The translations under genes and the position numbers were made by a program. 53,218 nt of DNA from Octopus sinensis (Eukaryota), in NCBI RefSeq assembly GCF_006345805.1, contig NW_021833929.1, forward strand, positions 1 to 53,218, in the 5' to 3' direction. Shown here in pieces: positions 13,883-27,527 of the stretch. The notes under the pieces are model-generated. The model was not told where the DNA came from and made no database searches. It saw only the letters and a program-made list of their open reading frames with translations. Position 1 is the first letter of the stretch, and each line of letters begins with the position of its first letter.

Positions 13883-14321
13883 TTCAGTTATATTTCTCAG
13901 AGGACCATTGAAATCTCTACAATAAATTAAGTTTGTAACGCATCTAGTTTTTACCTCAATGGCAGTAATAGAAAACATCTAAAAAAAATAATAATAAACA
14001 AGTATAAATCTAATGCATTATTTTAACATCAGGCATATTCATACTAATTTAATGCGACATTTTTCAAAACGATGCGATTTATAAATGAATTTAACAAATC
14101 AAATCCGCCATTGGAGCTTCCTCTTCTGCTTTATGGTGTGTCGTCTATGAATTTAATTTGATATTTTGTAGCGTAAGGCCACATGTATATTATACACCGG
14201 CTCTTAATACAATATATCATAAGTATCTATTCTGTACACATTTATTAGTTTACTGAAGTACTTTTTCCATTATTATTTATACGTCCAAAATTTAATTGTA
14301 TCTTTTACATTATCTAGAATA

Positions 14322-14433
14322 TACATACATACATACATACATACATACATACATACATACATACATACATACATACATACATACATACATACATACATAC
14401 ATACATACATACATACATACATACATACATACA

Positions 14434-14492
<59 letters not shown>
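14322..14492. repeat. Near-perfect (TACA)n tetranucleotide array followed by (TA)n
   Basis: Directly visible. Confidence 0.97.
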
Positions 14493-14496
<4 letters not shown>

Positions 14497-14898
14497 TCAT
14501 TTAAATATAATTTTAGGTTACGATAAGAACTCATTATTTCAAGATGCTAATTATTTACGTGTGAACTTGGTTGTCATTTAATATAAAGGTTGACTACAAT
14601 TAAGGGCACACCATTTGTAGCCCATGCTGGTGAAAAACACGGCACAATAATTTGTTTTACATCTGAGTCAATTGATTCATCCTTGATTATCAAAATATAT
14701 GGAGTCACAACAGGAAGTATATTATTAAAGGGGTGATCTAGGAAAAAAAGGACATATTAAGTAAAGTAACGATAGATACAGACGTTCTGATTAAATGACC
14801 AGACTGTCAGAGCTATAACAAATGCAAACATGGATCTGCTTTATGAAGCTAGACGTGCGGCCAGCAGGAAAGAATAATGTTGGCAACGGTGGACATTA

Positions 14899-15235
14899 GT
14901 TATCTATCTATCTATCTATCTGCTCAGTCGAAGTCGTCTCTTGGTTACTCGATGGATCAGTGTTCTCCAGCCAGTTCTATCCTGGGCCGCTTCTTTCAGA
15001 TTAGCTATGTCCATTCCAGTATCACTCTTGATGGTGTCAAGCCAGCAGGTTCTTTGGCGGCCTCTTCCTCTCTTGCCACTGACCATTTCGAGCATGATGT
15101 CCTTCTCCAGGGATTTTCTCCGCATAATATGACCAAAATATGCCAATCTATTCTTGGTGATCCTAGCTTCTAGTGACATTTTCGGCCTGATCTCCTTAAG
15201 AACTTCTCCATTAGTTATACCGACGTTTTCAGTAT
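14899..15235 (-). mobile_element. 5'-truncated RTE-clade LINE (RTE/BovB-like) 3' end with (GATA)n tail
   Basis: Translation RLAYFGHIMRRKSLEKDIMLEMVSGKRGRGRQRTCWLDTIKSDTG..AAQDRTGWR is the typical RTE ORF C-terminus; the minus strand then runs into agatagatagat. Confidence 0.88.
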
Positions 15236-15695
15236 CCAGAAGTTCTAAATCATGTAACTGTTCATAATATAAAACCAAAAACATTAATTTAGAGGGACCA
15301 CATATCGAAATTAAATAACAAATCTCTCAAAATTCTTTAGTGAATGAAAAATAAACGTTCTATATTTGTGATGTTGGTTCGAGCTTTCTTCGGTATTACA
15401 AAACAGTCCAAAACATGCTTGTAGCAAAGATTACTACTTTGCTTATGATTGAAACGGGAAATAACGTTCAAAATATACACTCCAAAACGAAGGATAAAAG
15501 TTTACACCAATAGAGATATGTAAGACAATCACTGTGTGTGATTTAAGTTTTCTTTATTTTTTTATGACAAAAACAATTTTCAAAGATTTGTTTGTTTTAA
15601 AATTGTATATACCTGCGATGAGCAGGCCACTACAAAACGGTATACGATAAAAAGCATTCTACACTTGGATACAAACTTCTAGAATACCTATTCTT

Positions 15696-15735
<40 letters not shown>

Positions 15736-15764
15736 ATATATATATATATATCTATATATATCGT

Positions 15765-15796
<32 letters not shown>

Positions 15797-16186
15797 TTCC
15801 CTGTCTGTCTCTCTCTCTCTCTCTCTCTCTGCAAATATATTTGAATGCACATATGTAATTATATTATTTTACAAGAATATGTAAATGTATATATTTATAT
15901 ATACTACCGACTCTAAGCGTGTTGTCAAATACCTAGTTGGAAGACCAACCTTCCGAGTTCTTTTACATGGCTTATAAAACAGAAGGTCCACTGCAACACT
16001 TGTGGGAATCTGAAAGGGGTTATATTGAAAAAAACATAAGAGATTCTCTTGTAGTTTCTTTTACTCAGCTCTCCTTCATGTGTGTGTGTGTGTGTACATA
16101 TATATATAAAATAATTAAGGTGGATAGATGCAATTCCTTTTTGGTTATATATGTATGTGTATGTGATATATATATATATATAATAT

Positions 16187-16233
<47 letters not shown>

Positions 16234-17326
16234 CATTTATTAAGACACAAACGTCTACATGAAAAAGAATAAGAAATATTAAAAAACAGTAATAAATACA
16301 ATCAACCAGTCGAAAATAATTGATGTATCAGTATCCATAACATTTTATCTATCGATGATAAATTATCTATGTATGATATACAATATCTATAACATAATAA
16401 ACATGGCCATAAGTTTTGATACTGTCTATCGATAATACCTATCATAATAGATATTCTATATCTATAATATACAGTATCTATAAAATCTATTTATAATATA
16501 CAGGGTCTATGATATATTAAACACGCTTATATGTTATGAAACTTGTTCATATTCTCCAACATGTGTCCAGAACAACCATAGAAACGTATACATAGATAAA
16601 CATCAAAACACATTAACAAATACACCAACAACAAGTACACAACACAGCTGTAATTATTAAGTTTAACGCCCATAAAATATCGTACAAAATCCTCTGAATT
16701 TCTTCACAAACAAACCACTTCAAATGAAAGAAATTGGCTTCATCTAACAGACGCAGGTGGGCGCACAAATACAAACACATACACACACCTATATAAATAC
16801 ACGAACACATAATATTTGCAAATAAACACAATGAAATTATCCTATATATTGAGCTTCTAAAAATACATGAAAACAAAACATTTTAATATACCACAACAAA
16901 GCAATTTAATATCCCACGGCCAAACCAATTTGGCGGAAATGAAATCTAGGAAGCAACCCGATACGGAAAGGAGCATCTCAAGAGTCTCGCTCATGTAACT
17001 TCAAATATATCTTATACAAATGAACAGTATCGATAAGTTGTGAACAGTTTCCTCCTGAATATTTCAGCTGCCTCAAACTCGAGTATCGAGATAAATATTA
17101 ACATCAACTGACTGAATTAAAAGCAGCTCGAAGGATATAAATAACATCGAACATATATACACAGTGTGTTTTGCCTGTTCGTGGGTAGGCTGTGCTTATA
17201 GGCATAAGAGAATACGTTCTCAGTACGTTTACTGTTAAAACACCTGGAAGACAGAGGCAAGTGAGATAACTCGCATCTGATCCATGCAGGAGCTAGACAT
17301 CGTTGTTTCGTTATATATAATATATA

Positions 17327-17377
<51 letters not shown>

Positions 17378-17629
17378 AAACACATTTTGTCAGTTCAAAA
17401 TGAACAATTAGATTACACCATCTAGAAAATACAAATAGTAGAATATGAAAATTAAAATAACAATAAAATACCGACGATTAAGTAAATTGCGAAAAAGAAA
17501 TAATAAAAACGTAATAAAAACGTATATTATTGTATATAAACGTATATATATTGTGAAATTTGATTTAGTATTTCTAAATTGAATTTTTCCATCTAAGTTA
17601 GGATTAATATTCCCTCAAATAATTAAAAT

Positions 17630-17680
<51 letters not shown>

Positions 17681-17914
17681 CACACACATACATACATATA
17701 TATATACAGAGAGAGAGAGAGTGAAAGAAGAGAAAGAGAAGGAGGGTGAGAGAGCGTTTTACGGATTAATTTTGAAGATTTTTCTTTTTCTGAAAGATAT
17801 TGATGTATCGGTGATCAGTCAACGGCGTTTGGAGAGCATTAAGGTTGAAGTTGTACTTGAGGAAAATTTAGCTGAGATGGGTTGTTGGAAAAATATTTAT
17901 CAATATAATGATTA

Positions 17915-18260
17915 TTCGTGCCAGGCACAAAATGGCCAACATCATGACTGCTACTCAGTTCTCTGTGAATACTGTGAAATCTGTGACATTGGCAGCTGCG
18001 GCGGAGACGGCGAAGCCATAGCCAGCAAGAAGTGACGTAATAGGTGACCTGACTGCATATACCACCCGGCTCAGTCCAAGTGTGAAGCTGCTGCGGTCAT
18101 ACTCTTGCTACAGACGATTGCTTTTGAAAGCCAATGTGTGCCAGCAGGATTTCTCTGCTTCCGGAAAGAGGCAGAAATGATTGTCAAAGACGTTCTAGAA
18201 CTTCAACAGAACGAATGTGTGGCAATCAAATTCCCATGATTATTATCTCATAGATCGCTA
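17915..18260 (+). pseudogene. Decayed, internally deleted Tc1/mariner-superfamily transposase
   Basis: IIRARHKMANIMTATQFSVNTVKSV (HTH-like) and, downstream, QQDFSASGKRQK*LSKTF*NFNRTNVWQSNSHD, matching the QQDSAP-H...WLS-NF...NVWPPNSPD pattern; stops and frameshifts. Confidence 0.55.
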
Positions 18261-18274
18261 TCTGCGTATTACCT

Positions 18275-18506
18275 ATTTCTTTACTACCCACGAGGGGCTA
18301 AACACAGAGGGGACAAACAAGGACAGACAAACGGATTAAGTCAATTATATCGACCCCAGTGCGTAACTGGTACTTAATTTATCGACCCCGAAAGGATGAA
18401 AGGCAAAGTCGACCTCGGCGGAATTTGAACTCAGAACGTAGCTGCAGGCGAATTACAGCAAAGCTTTGTGCCCGGTGTGCTAACGTTTCTGCCAGGTCGC
18501 CGCCTT
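18275..18506 (-). mobile_element. SINE family A, full length
   Basis: Reverse complement of the family A consensus from atttctttactacc to cgccgcctt. Confidence 0.92.
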
Positions 18507-18591
18507 GATGCGATTACGTATGCAGGTAATGGTGCAAATAAACAAAGAAACAAATAAAAACTGCTTGGCCTAGATATACTTTATATTCATA

Positions 18592-19092
18592 CTAGCTGTA
18601 TCGCCCGGCGTTGCTCGGGTTTGTAAGGGAAATAACTACATAAGCATTTTTAGAGAGTTATAGCCAAAAAATAGCAAACAAATGCATTAAAAATGGAAAA
18701 AAAATTATGGTAATTTTTTTTTTAAATCGTTGACTCATCGTAGACATTTTTAGAGAGTTACTTCCCATATATAATAGCGAACAAAATGCATTAAAATGGG
18801 AAAAAAATGATGGTAAATTTTTTTTTAATCGTTGACTCATCGTAGACATTTTTAGAGAGATACTTCCCTTATATAATAGCGAAAAAAATGCCTTAAATGG
18901 AAAAAAAGATGGTAATTTTTTTTTTTTAAATCGTAGACTCATCGTAGACGCGCGCTAATACTCAGACGGGCTCGATATGAATCACGACTATAAGATACCC
19001 GAATTTGGTTAAACTGCACCGCAAAATGTGGGAGGAGTTAGGAATCTAAATCGTAGGAGACAGACCCACAACTTCTCTTTCATATATAAAGA
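18592..19092 (-). mobile_element. Non-autonomous Helitron with three internal about 101-bp tandem units
   Basis: Minus strand A|TC at 19092, hairpin cccgagcaacgccggg, CTAG|T at 18592; unit catttttagagag..tcgttgactcatcgtaga occurs three times. Confidence 0.82.
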
Positions 19093-19493
19093 TATACGTG
19101 TAAATAAAGAAACATAAAGGATGAAAATATTCAGACCTTGAATGTTCATGTATAAATATATGGGTATTTGAATATATTAACAGAGAAAACTTACACAAAA
19201 TACAAAGACGCAGAAACTATCTCCGTATTACCGTTTCGGCTGCACTGCCAAGATCGTGTTGGTTGCCAGGATCACAGCGAGGAAGATATGCATCAGATTC
19301 TAGAATTGTCTTCAGAGCAAGTACTTTAAATAAATTCTCTCCTAGTCATAATCTAGAACACGATTTAAAACAAATATTTTTGAAAGACTTTAGGTTTGAA
19401 TGAGATACTGTGTTTTCCTTTCCTTCTCTGTAAACACTCACATTTTCTCTCTTTCTCTCTCTCTCCCTCTCTCTCTCTTTCTCTGTCTATGTG

Positions 19494-19524
<31 letters not shown>

Positions 19525-20673
19525 GTATACTTTGATACTTTGATAGGTTTCGGCCATTATTGGCCCAGGCCATGTCTAACTTAATAGCACCATATACGTG
19601 TTGTCTATATGGCGCATCACTGGATCTCATCTTGTATAGTTGAATACATACATACATACATACATATATATATATACACATACTCACGTGCGTGTGTAAA
19701 AAAAGGAATATATTTTCATGTAATTATTAACTTTCCACAGGAACGGTTACTTTAAGGCTTTTTCTTTTTATCTTCACTCAATAATTCAGTTAATAAATAA
19801 TTTGTCTGATTTTGAGGAACAGAGAATAGTAAAATAGATTAGGCGTGAATAAAATTATCGAAGCGGGAGGAAATGAAATACGTGAATTATCTTCGGTTTT
19901 CTTAAAGAACTTCTTTACACAGAGCGAACGAGAGATAGAGAGATACACGCAAACAAACACATGCATATACAAATATATAATGTACATGTGTGTATGTGTA
20001 TATATTTCGGTTTTCTTAAAGAACTTCTTTACACAGAGAGAGCGAGCGAACGAGAGAGAGAGAGAGAGACGCAAATAATCACAAGCATATACACATATAT
20101 AATATACATATGTGTATGTGTATATATAGGGTTATATTTGTACAGTTATGTTTATAAAGTACAGGCATACATACTTATGCGTGTGTGTATGTATTGGTGC
20201 GTATTGGTGCGTATGCACGCTATATTTATATATGCATGTGTGCGCGTGTGTGCTCGCATGTGTGTTTACAAATAAATATATAACGCACGTGTATGTAAGC
20301 AAAAGAAAGCATATAACAAACAAAAATAAACAAGAAACAGTATAAGTGCAAGGAACTTCATATTTGATATCATTAGGTTCATCCTCATGAAAGCAATAAA
20401 ATTTATAGATTAAAAGATTATAGAATAAAGTTCTAACATTTCGAACGTATTTCTTTTTCGAATAATAGAATGACCAGGAAAAACTAGGTAAGTAGGGAAC
20501 AGCAGATAGAGCCAGGGAGAATACACATCGGTTAGGTATGTATCTGCAACATTTGGCAAACTGGAAGTTAGAAAGATAATTGTAATTTTATATGCGTGCG
20601 TCTTTGTGTATTTATCAAACCATCGCTTCTCTTATATATCTCCGTCTACCTAGTTTTTGCCAAATACATACCT

Positions 20674-20905
20674 ATTTCTTTACTACCCACAAGGGGCTAA
20701 ACACAGAGAGGACAAACAAGGACAGACAAACGGATTAGGTCGATTATATAGACCCCAGTGCGTAACTGGTACTTATTTAATCGACCCCGAAACGATGAAA
20801 GGCAAAGTCGACCTCGGCGGAATTTGAACCCAGAACGTAACGACAGACGAAATACCGCTAAGCATTTCGCCCCGTGTGCTAACGATTGTGCCAGCTCGCC
20901 GCCTT
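20674..20905 (-). mobile_element. SINE family A with TSD
   Basis: Full length; TSD aaatacatacctatt at 20662-20676 and 20912-20926. Confidence 0.93.
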
Positions 20906-21578
20906 GTTGCTAAATACATACCTATTAGTGGCGAGTGGCTATAGTGGAAGTAACTTGCCAAACTTAACGAGTTGGGGTATCGAACTCGAAACCACCTGGA
21001 CGGAAACAAAAGTCTCCTTTATTATGCACTTATGCGAATGCTTGCATAGTGTACTATAACACTCTTAATATATTTTATATAAATACCAGCCGAATATTGA
21101 AAAGTACCGTCTTGAAATCAGATTTGATTTTCCAGTCGTAGTTAATTTATTTCCCGCATGAAAAATAAGAAAAACTAGGTGAAATGTGAACAGATCTGCA
21201 AACGACAGGTTTTCCCATGAGTAAATTGTAATTTCTTTCAACAAGGCACAATACCAAGGTTTCTAAAGGAGGTGAGAGCCGTTTGAAATTATATAATCTA
21301 TATCTCTATTAACACGGAGGTGAGAAACGTTGTGAGTATTTGTTTAGTTGCAAGACCTCTGATGAATTTTATTCGATTTGAGACAATCCTATATTTTATT
21401 CAGACGCACATCAGTACGGCCAATAACATTTAATTAGAATATCCTGTGCTTCAGGAAAAAGAAATTTCCTGAATTCTTTTGTTAATCACTAAGTTATTTA
21501 CTACTTACCTTTATATATATATATATATATATAAATATATACATGCACACACACACACACACACTTATATATATATAG

Positions 21579-22381
21579 ACAACTTATAAACAAGGGCAAA
21601 AGAAAATTATCCCTATCCCAATATGCTGATAACAAACTTTTAAATCGTTCATTTCCACATATTATTATATACCCACTACAGAAATACGGTAGTGGGTAAT
21701 ATGTGGAAATTGACGATTTAAAAGCCTGTTATCAGCATATTGGCATGGGAATAATTTTCTTTTGCCCTTGTTTATAAGTTGTTTATAATTTTAACCTTTA
21801 AAGGTATTTTAATATGCTGCCACTTTTTTGACGAAATTTTTTTTCTGTGAAAAAACTTCATCCTGTATTAGTAGTAGATTTATTATTATTCGCTATAGGG
21901 ACTGGTAACCACAATAAGCTGTCGTGGAGACCAGTTCACACGTGCGCTGAGGCTTACCAAAGGATTTTATATTTACATCTATCTGGGGTATTTATATGTA
22001 CTCGTGATATTTGCTTCGGTTTTTTTCCATGGACGCATGTAAGTATTTCATTTATTTCTATTCGTATTTTCTACTGACGAGGAAAAAATCTATTATGAGA
22101 TTAATTCCGAAATTGATTCAATATAGAAATAACGAGCTTTTTAAAAAAATTCTGTTGGCTAGCTTTCCTCGATTTCAGCACAACGTATTTCTGTAGTGGG
22201 TATATAATAATATGTGGAAATTGACGATATAAAAGTCTGTTATCAGCATATTGGCCTAGGAATAATTTTCTTTTGCCCGTGTTTATAAGTTTTTTTATAA
22301 TTTTAACCTTTAAAGGTATTTTAATATGCTGCCACTTTTTGATGAAATTTTTTTCTATAAACAACTTCATCGCATATTAGT
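21579..22381 (+). mobile_element. Retrozyme-like / non-autonomous Penelope-like element: about 504-bp monomer present about 1.4 times, plus an inverted partial copy
   Basis: Direct repeat 21689-21872 / 22193-22381; inverted arm 21579-21679 pairs with 21689-21782; HHR inside; flanked by (CA)/(TA) repeats. Confidence 0.72.
22068..22129 (+). ncRNA. Type I hammerhead ribozyme, extended stem II
   Basis: UUUCUA CUGACGA GGAA-AA-AAUCU-auuaug-AGAUU-AA-UUCC GAA AUUGA-u-UCAAU A UAGAAA; predicted cleavage AUA, between 22123 and 22124. Confidence 0.85.
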
Positions 22382-22668
22382 ATATATATATATATATATA
22401 ACAGCTGTAATACATTGGTTACTTCTAATTCATCTTACTCTAACTCAATACTCTAAATGACCTGAGATACTCGTCTTGCCTTGTTTTTTTGGTTTTGTTC
22501 TCCTTTGTCCTCTATGTACCTGCTAACTCGGAATTCTGTTACGGATCCCTAGCACCGGATTCAGTTGTAAACTTGGAACCTAATAGTTGACCAATTGTAG
22601 CACTTACACAGCGTACTTATTCGTTTAGAGCATCAGTGAACATGTGTGTGTGTGTGTGTTTACGTATA

Positions 22669-22990
22669 GGCGCTGGTGTGGCTGTAAGTTAAGAAGCTTG
22701 CGTCGCAACCACATGTTTTCGTCTTCAGTTGCATTCTGGGGCATCTTAAACCAACTAATGCCTTGTAAGTTGATTTGGGAGACGGAAACTGACAGAAGCC
22801 CGTTATCTCCCTCTCTCTTTCTCTATGGATTTACGTGTATTTTAGTCAATGTTTAGCCCCCAAACCCGCCTGACAGGCGGTGTAGCAGTTCGTCATAAGA
22901 GACCGTAGAATAAGTAATAGGCTTAACAAAGAAATATGTACTAGGTTCGATTCATTTGACTAACAATATTTCAAGGCCGTTCTCCATCAT
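22669..22990 (+). mobile_element. Decayed SINE family C
   Basis: gtggctgtaagttaagaagcttgc..aaccacatg, gccttgtaagttgatttgggagacggaaactgacagaagcccg, aagagaccgtagaataagtaataggctt. Confidence 0.7.
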
Positions 22991-22999
22991 ATACTTATA

Positions 23000-23205
23000 G
23001 TTGGAATTTACAAAACACGAAAGACGAAGACAGGTGTGTAAACAACAAACAGGTGTATTAGCTGAACGCTTGGGAGGTGAGAAAGTCTTTTACATTTCGA
23101 GCCTACTCTCTTCAACAGAAAGGAACACGAGAAAATAAACAGAAAGAGAACAAAAAAAGAAAACTTTAGTAGCTAGCGGTCAAACATGATGAATGCCGGA
23201 GGCGC
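23000..23205 (-). mobile_element. Penelope-like terminal fragment with variant HHR-like motif (23087-23122)
   Basis: Homologous to 41751-41880 (aagacgaagacaggtg..aacaaacag.tgtatt..aaagtcttttac.tttcgagccta..ctcttc.acag). Confidence 0.55.
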
Positions 23206-23351
23206 GTGCACACACACACAGACATATACATAGATATATATGTATATATATACACATATATATGGGTTAATACAACAATATAATATATATTATTATTGAT
23301 TTAATATATAGGCCTGTGAGTACGTATATGTATATATATATATAATATATA

Positions 23352-23384
<33 letters not shown>

Positions 23385-23394
23385 CATACATACA

Positions 23395-23695
23395 TCACGT
23401 GACCGACCAGGCTATTAGATGTTGCTACACATCGCTGGTCACAATGCGCTTTGCATTGTTTTACCTTTCAAATGGCACCACACTGCTGGCAAAGTGAACA
23501 GGCCAACAGAAGAAAGAGTAAGAGAAAGATGCGGCGAAAGAGTACAGTAGGGATCGCCACCACCCCCTGCCGGAGCCTCGTAGAGCTTTAGGTGTTTTCG
23601 CTCAATAAACACTCACAACGCCCGGTCTGGGAACCAAACCCACGATCCTACGAACGCGAGTCCGCTGACCTAACCACTGGGCCATTGCGCCTCCA
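23395..23695 (-). mobile_element. SINE family B head with tail type 2
   Basis: tggaggcgcaatggcccagtggttaggtcagcggactcgcg head; tail ..caatgcaaagcgcattgtgaccagcgatgtgtagcaacatc..ctggtcggtcacgtga shared with 47697-47981. Confidence 0.9.
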
Positions 23696-23718
23696 CACAC
23701 ACACAGACACATACACAG

Positions 23719-23784
<66 letters not shown>

Positions 23785-25254
23785 ATATATATATTATGTG
23801 TGTGCATACGCATGTACGTGTGTGTTGCATTTTTTGTGTATGAATGCATGATTTTTTTTAAGAGCTTGCATCTGTAAAAGTAATGTACAAGTATTCTAAT
23901 TTTTAATTATAAATTGTAATTAGTAATTTAATTAAGGATATTAACTTTTACTTATTTAATTGACTAGGTTGACTAATTTATAAATATTGTTTAGCCAATT
24001 AGCTGTGAAATTAACTTTCTGAGGGGCAAGCCGGGTCACTGATTAGGTGCACGCACTGGTTGGTAGACCAGCAGGCTCTAATTGAGACCACTTACCCTAG
24101 TTTTTACCTCCCTTTAATCATAAATATTTTCTAATTCTTTTCCTTGTTTTTACTAATTTCACATTCCTATTTAAAAAACCTTTGGGACCATTTTCTCCAC
24201 CAACCCCTTTTCATCCTAAATATCCGAATAGGTTTCTCTCTTAATATTTTATTCCATATTTATTTCTTTAATCTATTATATATAATAGATTTTTAACATA
24301 TCAATGGTAATACAATACAACATTGGAAACAGAAACAACTGTTAGTTGCTACTGCCTTTTATTTTCACTATTTTGTAATATCCTTTTAAATTCTGATATC
24401 AGATACATACCAAAGTCGACGTTAAATTCATTTTGCTAGGGTTGATAAAATCCTTATACGAACTGACGTTCATGTTCTGAAAATCTAACAATCAGAATTC
24501 CACTTAAATACTGAGGTCATTCTATTCAATATGGATAAAATACATGAGCATTTAAGTGTTTTTATTCATCATTCCAGAGAAGATAAATTCACATGGCCGT
24601 TTAGTATTGACGCTTAGTTATTTAAGGTTCAACAAAACAGCATACAGCTTATGAACAGATATATTTTCGAAGCATTCTGAGTCTTCTGCGTCTGATTGGC
24701 CGGGGCGCTATATTAAAAATTTTAGATTTTTTTTTAAACCAATATATTTCATCCTTTTAATTGATACTCGTAAACATATACGGAGCAGGTGTTATATGTT
24801 CAATAATTTATAATCAGTGTAACCTTTTAGAAACTCCTGAAAAATTAATTTGAATAATCGAATGCGAGATACAGTAACTTTTGTTTCCATAAATATCACT
24901 GGCACATGACATTAAACTCACAATGTTAGCTATTAGTTAGATATGTAATAAACGAACGTTATTAAAAAGAGCAGCGATTTTTCAATATGAAATAATTGGT
25001 ATCGGCTTAGTGACTTACGATGCATTGTCTATTGTGTTCTTGGAAATAGAGAATTTTAATGCCTCCCTTCATAATACATCAACAAATTTAATCTCAAATA
25101 ACAATGGTTGAAAACGCTGGAAAATACAAGATTATATACGAACACTCACCCAAAATCATAGTAACATACATACTTGAACACAGACTTAGACACATATAGA
25201 ACATAGACTTAGACACATATGTGTGTATGTGTATGTGTGTGTGTGTGTGTGCAA

Positions 25255-25385
25255 ATGCACTGCTGTACTCGCGATCGCAATGCCGTGGTTTCGAATCCCA
25301 GACGAGCGATCGGTGTTGCTCTTGAGGAAAACAATTCATTTTACGTTACTGTAGTCTTCACAACCGCAAATTGATAAACCTGTGA
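25255..25385 (+). mobile_element. Decayed tRNA-SINE fragment (CORE-like)
   Basis: gtggtttcgaatccc B-box followed by gtgttgctcttgaggaaaacaattcattttacgttact. Confidence 0.5.
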
Positions 25386-25490
25386 AGGATTCCGTTGGAT
25401 TTCAGGGAATGTTTGGAAGCGCAATATAATGGATAACAACATCTGATAATACAGTTGATATAGTGATATCACTTCACCTCTTGCACCCAA

Positions 25491-25531
<41 letters not shown>

Positions 25532-25942
25532 CACCACCTCTTATGTATGTGTGTGCATGTGTGTTTTGTGTGTGGAACGGATAGAGAAACTCACTTCTTT
25601 AATTGTAGAATTCCCCTCACAACGCCGACATATTTAGATATCGAAGATATTGAACGTTGTGTTACGCTGTGTTAACATTGTGTATTTTTTTCCCATTGTG
25701 CATTTTATACCCTGTGTATTTTTCGGATATATTAGTTTGAAACATATTTTCTATATCTAAATACGTTGACACAACCGAAACAACTATCGGCTTTGGAAGG
25801 GTAATTCTACAATTAAAGATGTGATGTTCTCAATATATATTTTTCTTTATGCTTCTCTATGCATATTTCTGTTGTTTAATACTCTGAATTTTTCGCAATT
25901 CCTAGACGATAGTTGGACCTAATTTGCATACTTTTTAATACC

Positions 25943-26110
25943 CTTCTTCTTCTTCTTCTTGTTTCCTGATCAATTTAGATCAGTCTACCGCTTTCGATAG
26001 GTTCGACCATCTTTACCTGGTGGCCGTCGTCAAGGTTTCGGATGTGTATTTAGGGGCTAGATCACTGCAACACGCAACGACATCTGTTCAGTGGTGAGAG
26101 TGAACAGACA
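25943..26110 (-). mobile_element. Possible decayed RTE-clade LINE 3' end with (GAA)n tail
   Basis: Broken translation NRCRCVLQ*..P..*RRPP..RWSNLSKAVD resembles the RW..VL.W.P....GRP..RW.D motif; several frameshifts needed. Confidence 0.35.
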
Positions 26111-26784
26111 CCTCTCAGAGCCAATCTTCCTCTTCTTCTTCTTCCTCTTCTTCTTCTTCTCCTTGCATGTTCTTTATACAAATTATTCATTTCCTTACCC
26201 ACCTTTTATTTACGTTTTTTTTTCTTGATATTGGTAAAAACCGAAGTCTTGAAAACAACTAAGTTAAGTGTGCAATAATAATGGAAGTCTCACGAAGTGT
26301 AACTTCAATGTCTAAAACCGCCAAATATTGCGTAAATTTTCACTTCGAAAATTTACAGCAACTGACGCTGAAAGCAGAGTTGGTACAGAAACTATTGTAA
26401 CTGATCATTAAAGATGTGATAAAGTAATTCTTTCTCTTATTATTTCCAAAATATTTTACGCTTCGCTAAACAGAGATAACGGTGTTACCGTCGTGAAACC
26501 AGCATTTTCTACACCTGAAGAATTTCGGTATTAATCTGCAATCCGACAGCGTTGATAGACCAGAACTTGGCTTTAGTGCTGCATTGGAAATACCATATCA
26601 TTATATCCTACCAGGCCCTTATATTATTATTCTTCTTCTTATTATTATTGTTATTATTAATTTAATGTAAGAACAGCCTATAAACTTTTATAGCATGCTG
26701 ACTATTTGACAAAAATCATTTACATGATTTTTATCCTTATATCCTTTATATACAGGCACACACATGTGTGTGTATATATATATT

Positions 26785-26815
<31 letters not shown>

Positions 26816-27079
26816 TGTGTGTGTGTGTGTGTGTGTACCAAGGTGTAGCCCCAGGCCTGTCTCTCTGCTTCTGTCATAAATCAGATGATCTGTTTGACAA
26901 GAGTGAGAAACTTTGAAATTTGATTCGCGAAAACATGTTGCACACAGACAGTGAGGGAGTGATAGAAGCAGGAATTTTTGAACGCGTTATACCTATATGA
27001 ATGCATGGGTATGTCCGATTCCGCATGTATGAATGTACATTATCATACACACACATATGTGTGTATATATATATATATA

Positions 27080-27493
27080 GAGGCGCAGGAGTGGCTGTGT
27101 GGTAAGTAGCTTGCTAACCCACCACATGGTTCCGGGTTCAGTCCCACTGCGTGGCATCTTGGGCAAGTGTCTTCTTCTATAGCCCCGGGTCGACCAATGC
27201 CTTGTGAGTGGATTTGGTAGACGGAAACTGAAAGAAGCCTGTCGTATATATGTATACATATATATATATATGCGTGTATGTTTGTTTGTGTGTCTGTGTT
27301 TGTTCCCCTAGCATTGCTGACAACCGATGCTGGTGTGTTTATGTCCCCGTTACCTAGCGGTTCGGCAAAAGAGACCGATAGAAGAAGTACTGGGCTTACA
27401 ATAAGAATAAGTCCCGGGGTCGAGTTGCTCGATTAAAGGCGGTGCTCCAGCATGGCCGCAGTCAAATGACTGAAACAAGTAAAAGAGTAAAAG
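27080..27493 (+). mobile_element. SINE family C, full length (CORE-like centre, internal microsatellite)
   Basis: gaggcgcaggagtggctgtgtggtaag head, ccgggttcagtccc B-box, cttgggcaagtgtcttc CORE-like motif, tail ggcggtgctccagcatggccgcagtcaaatgactgaaacaagtaaaagag. Confidence 0.93.
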
Positions 27494-27495
27494 TG

Positions 27496-27527
<32 letters not shown>

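Noticed and set aside
19530-19576. Minus-strand CTG-GGCC-aataat-GGCC-GAAAC
   Set aside because: Core lacks ANGA and stem I is absent; possible decayed HHR but unsupported
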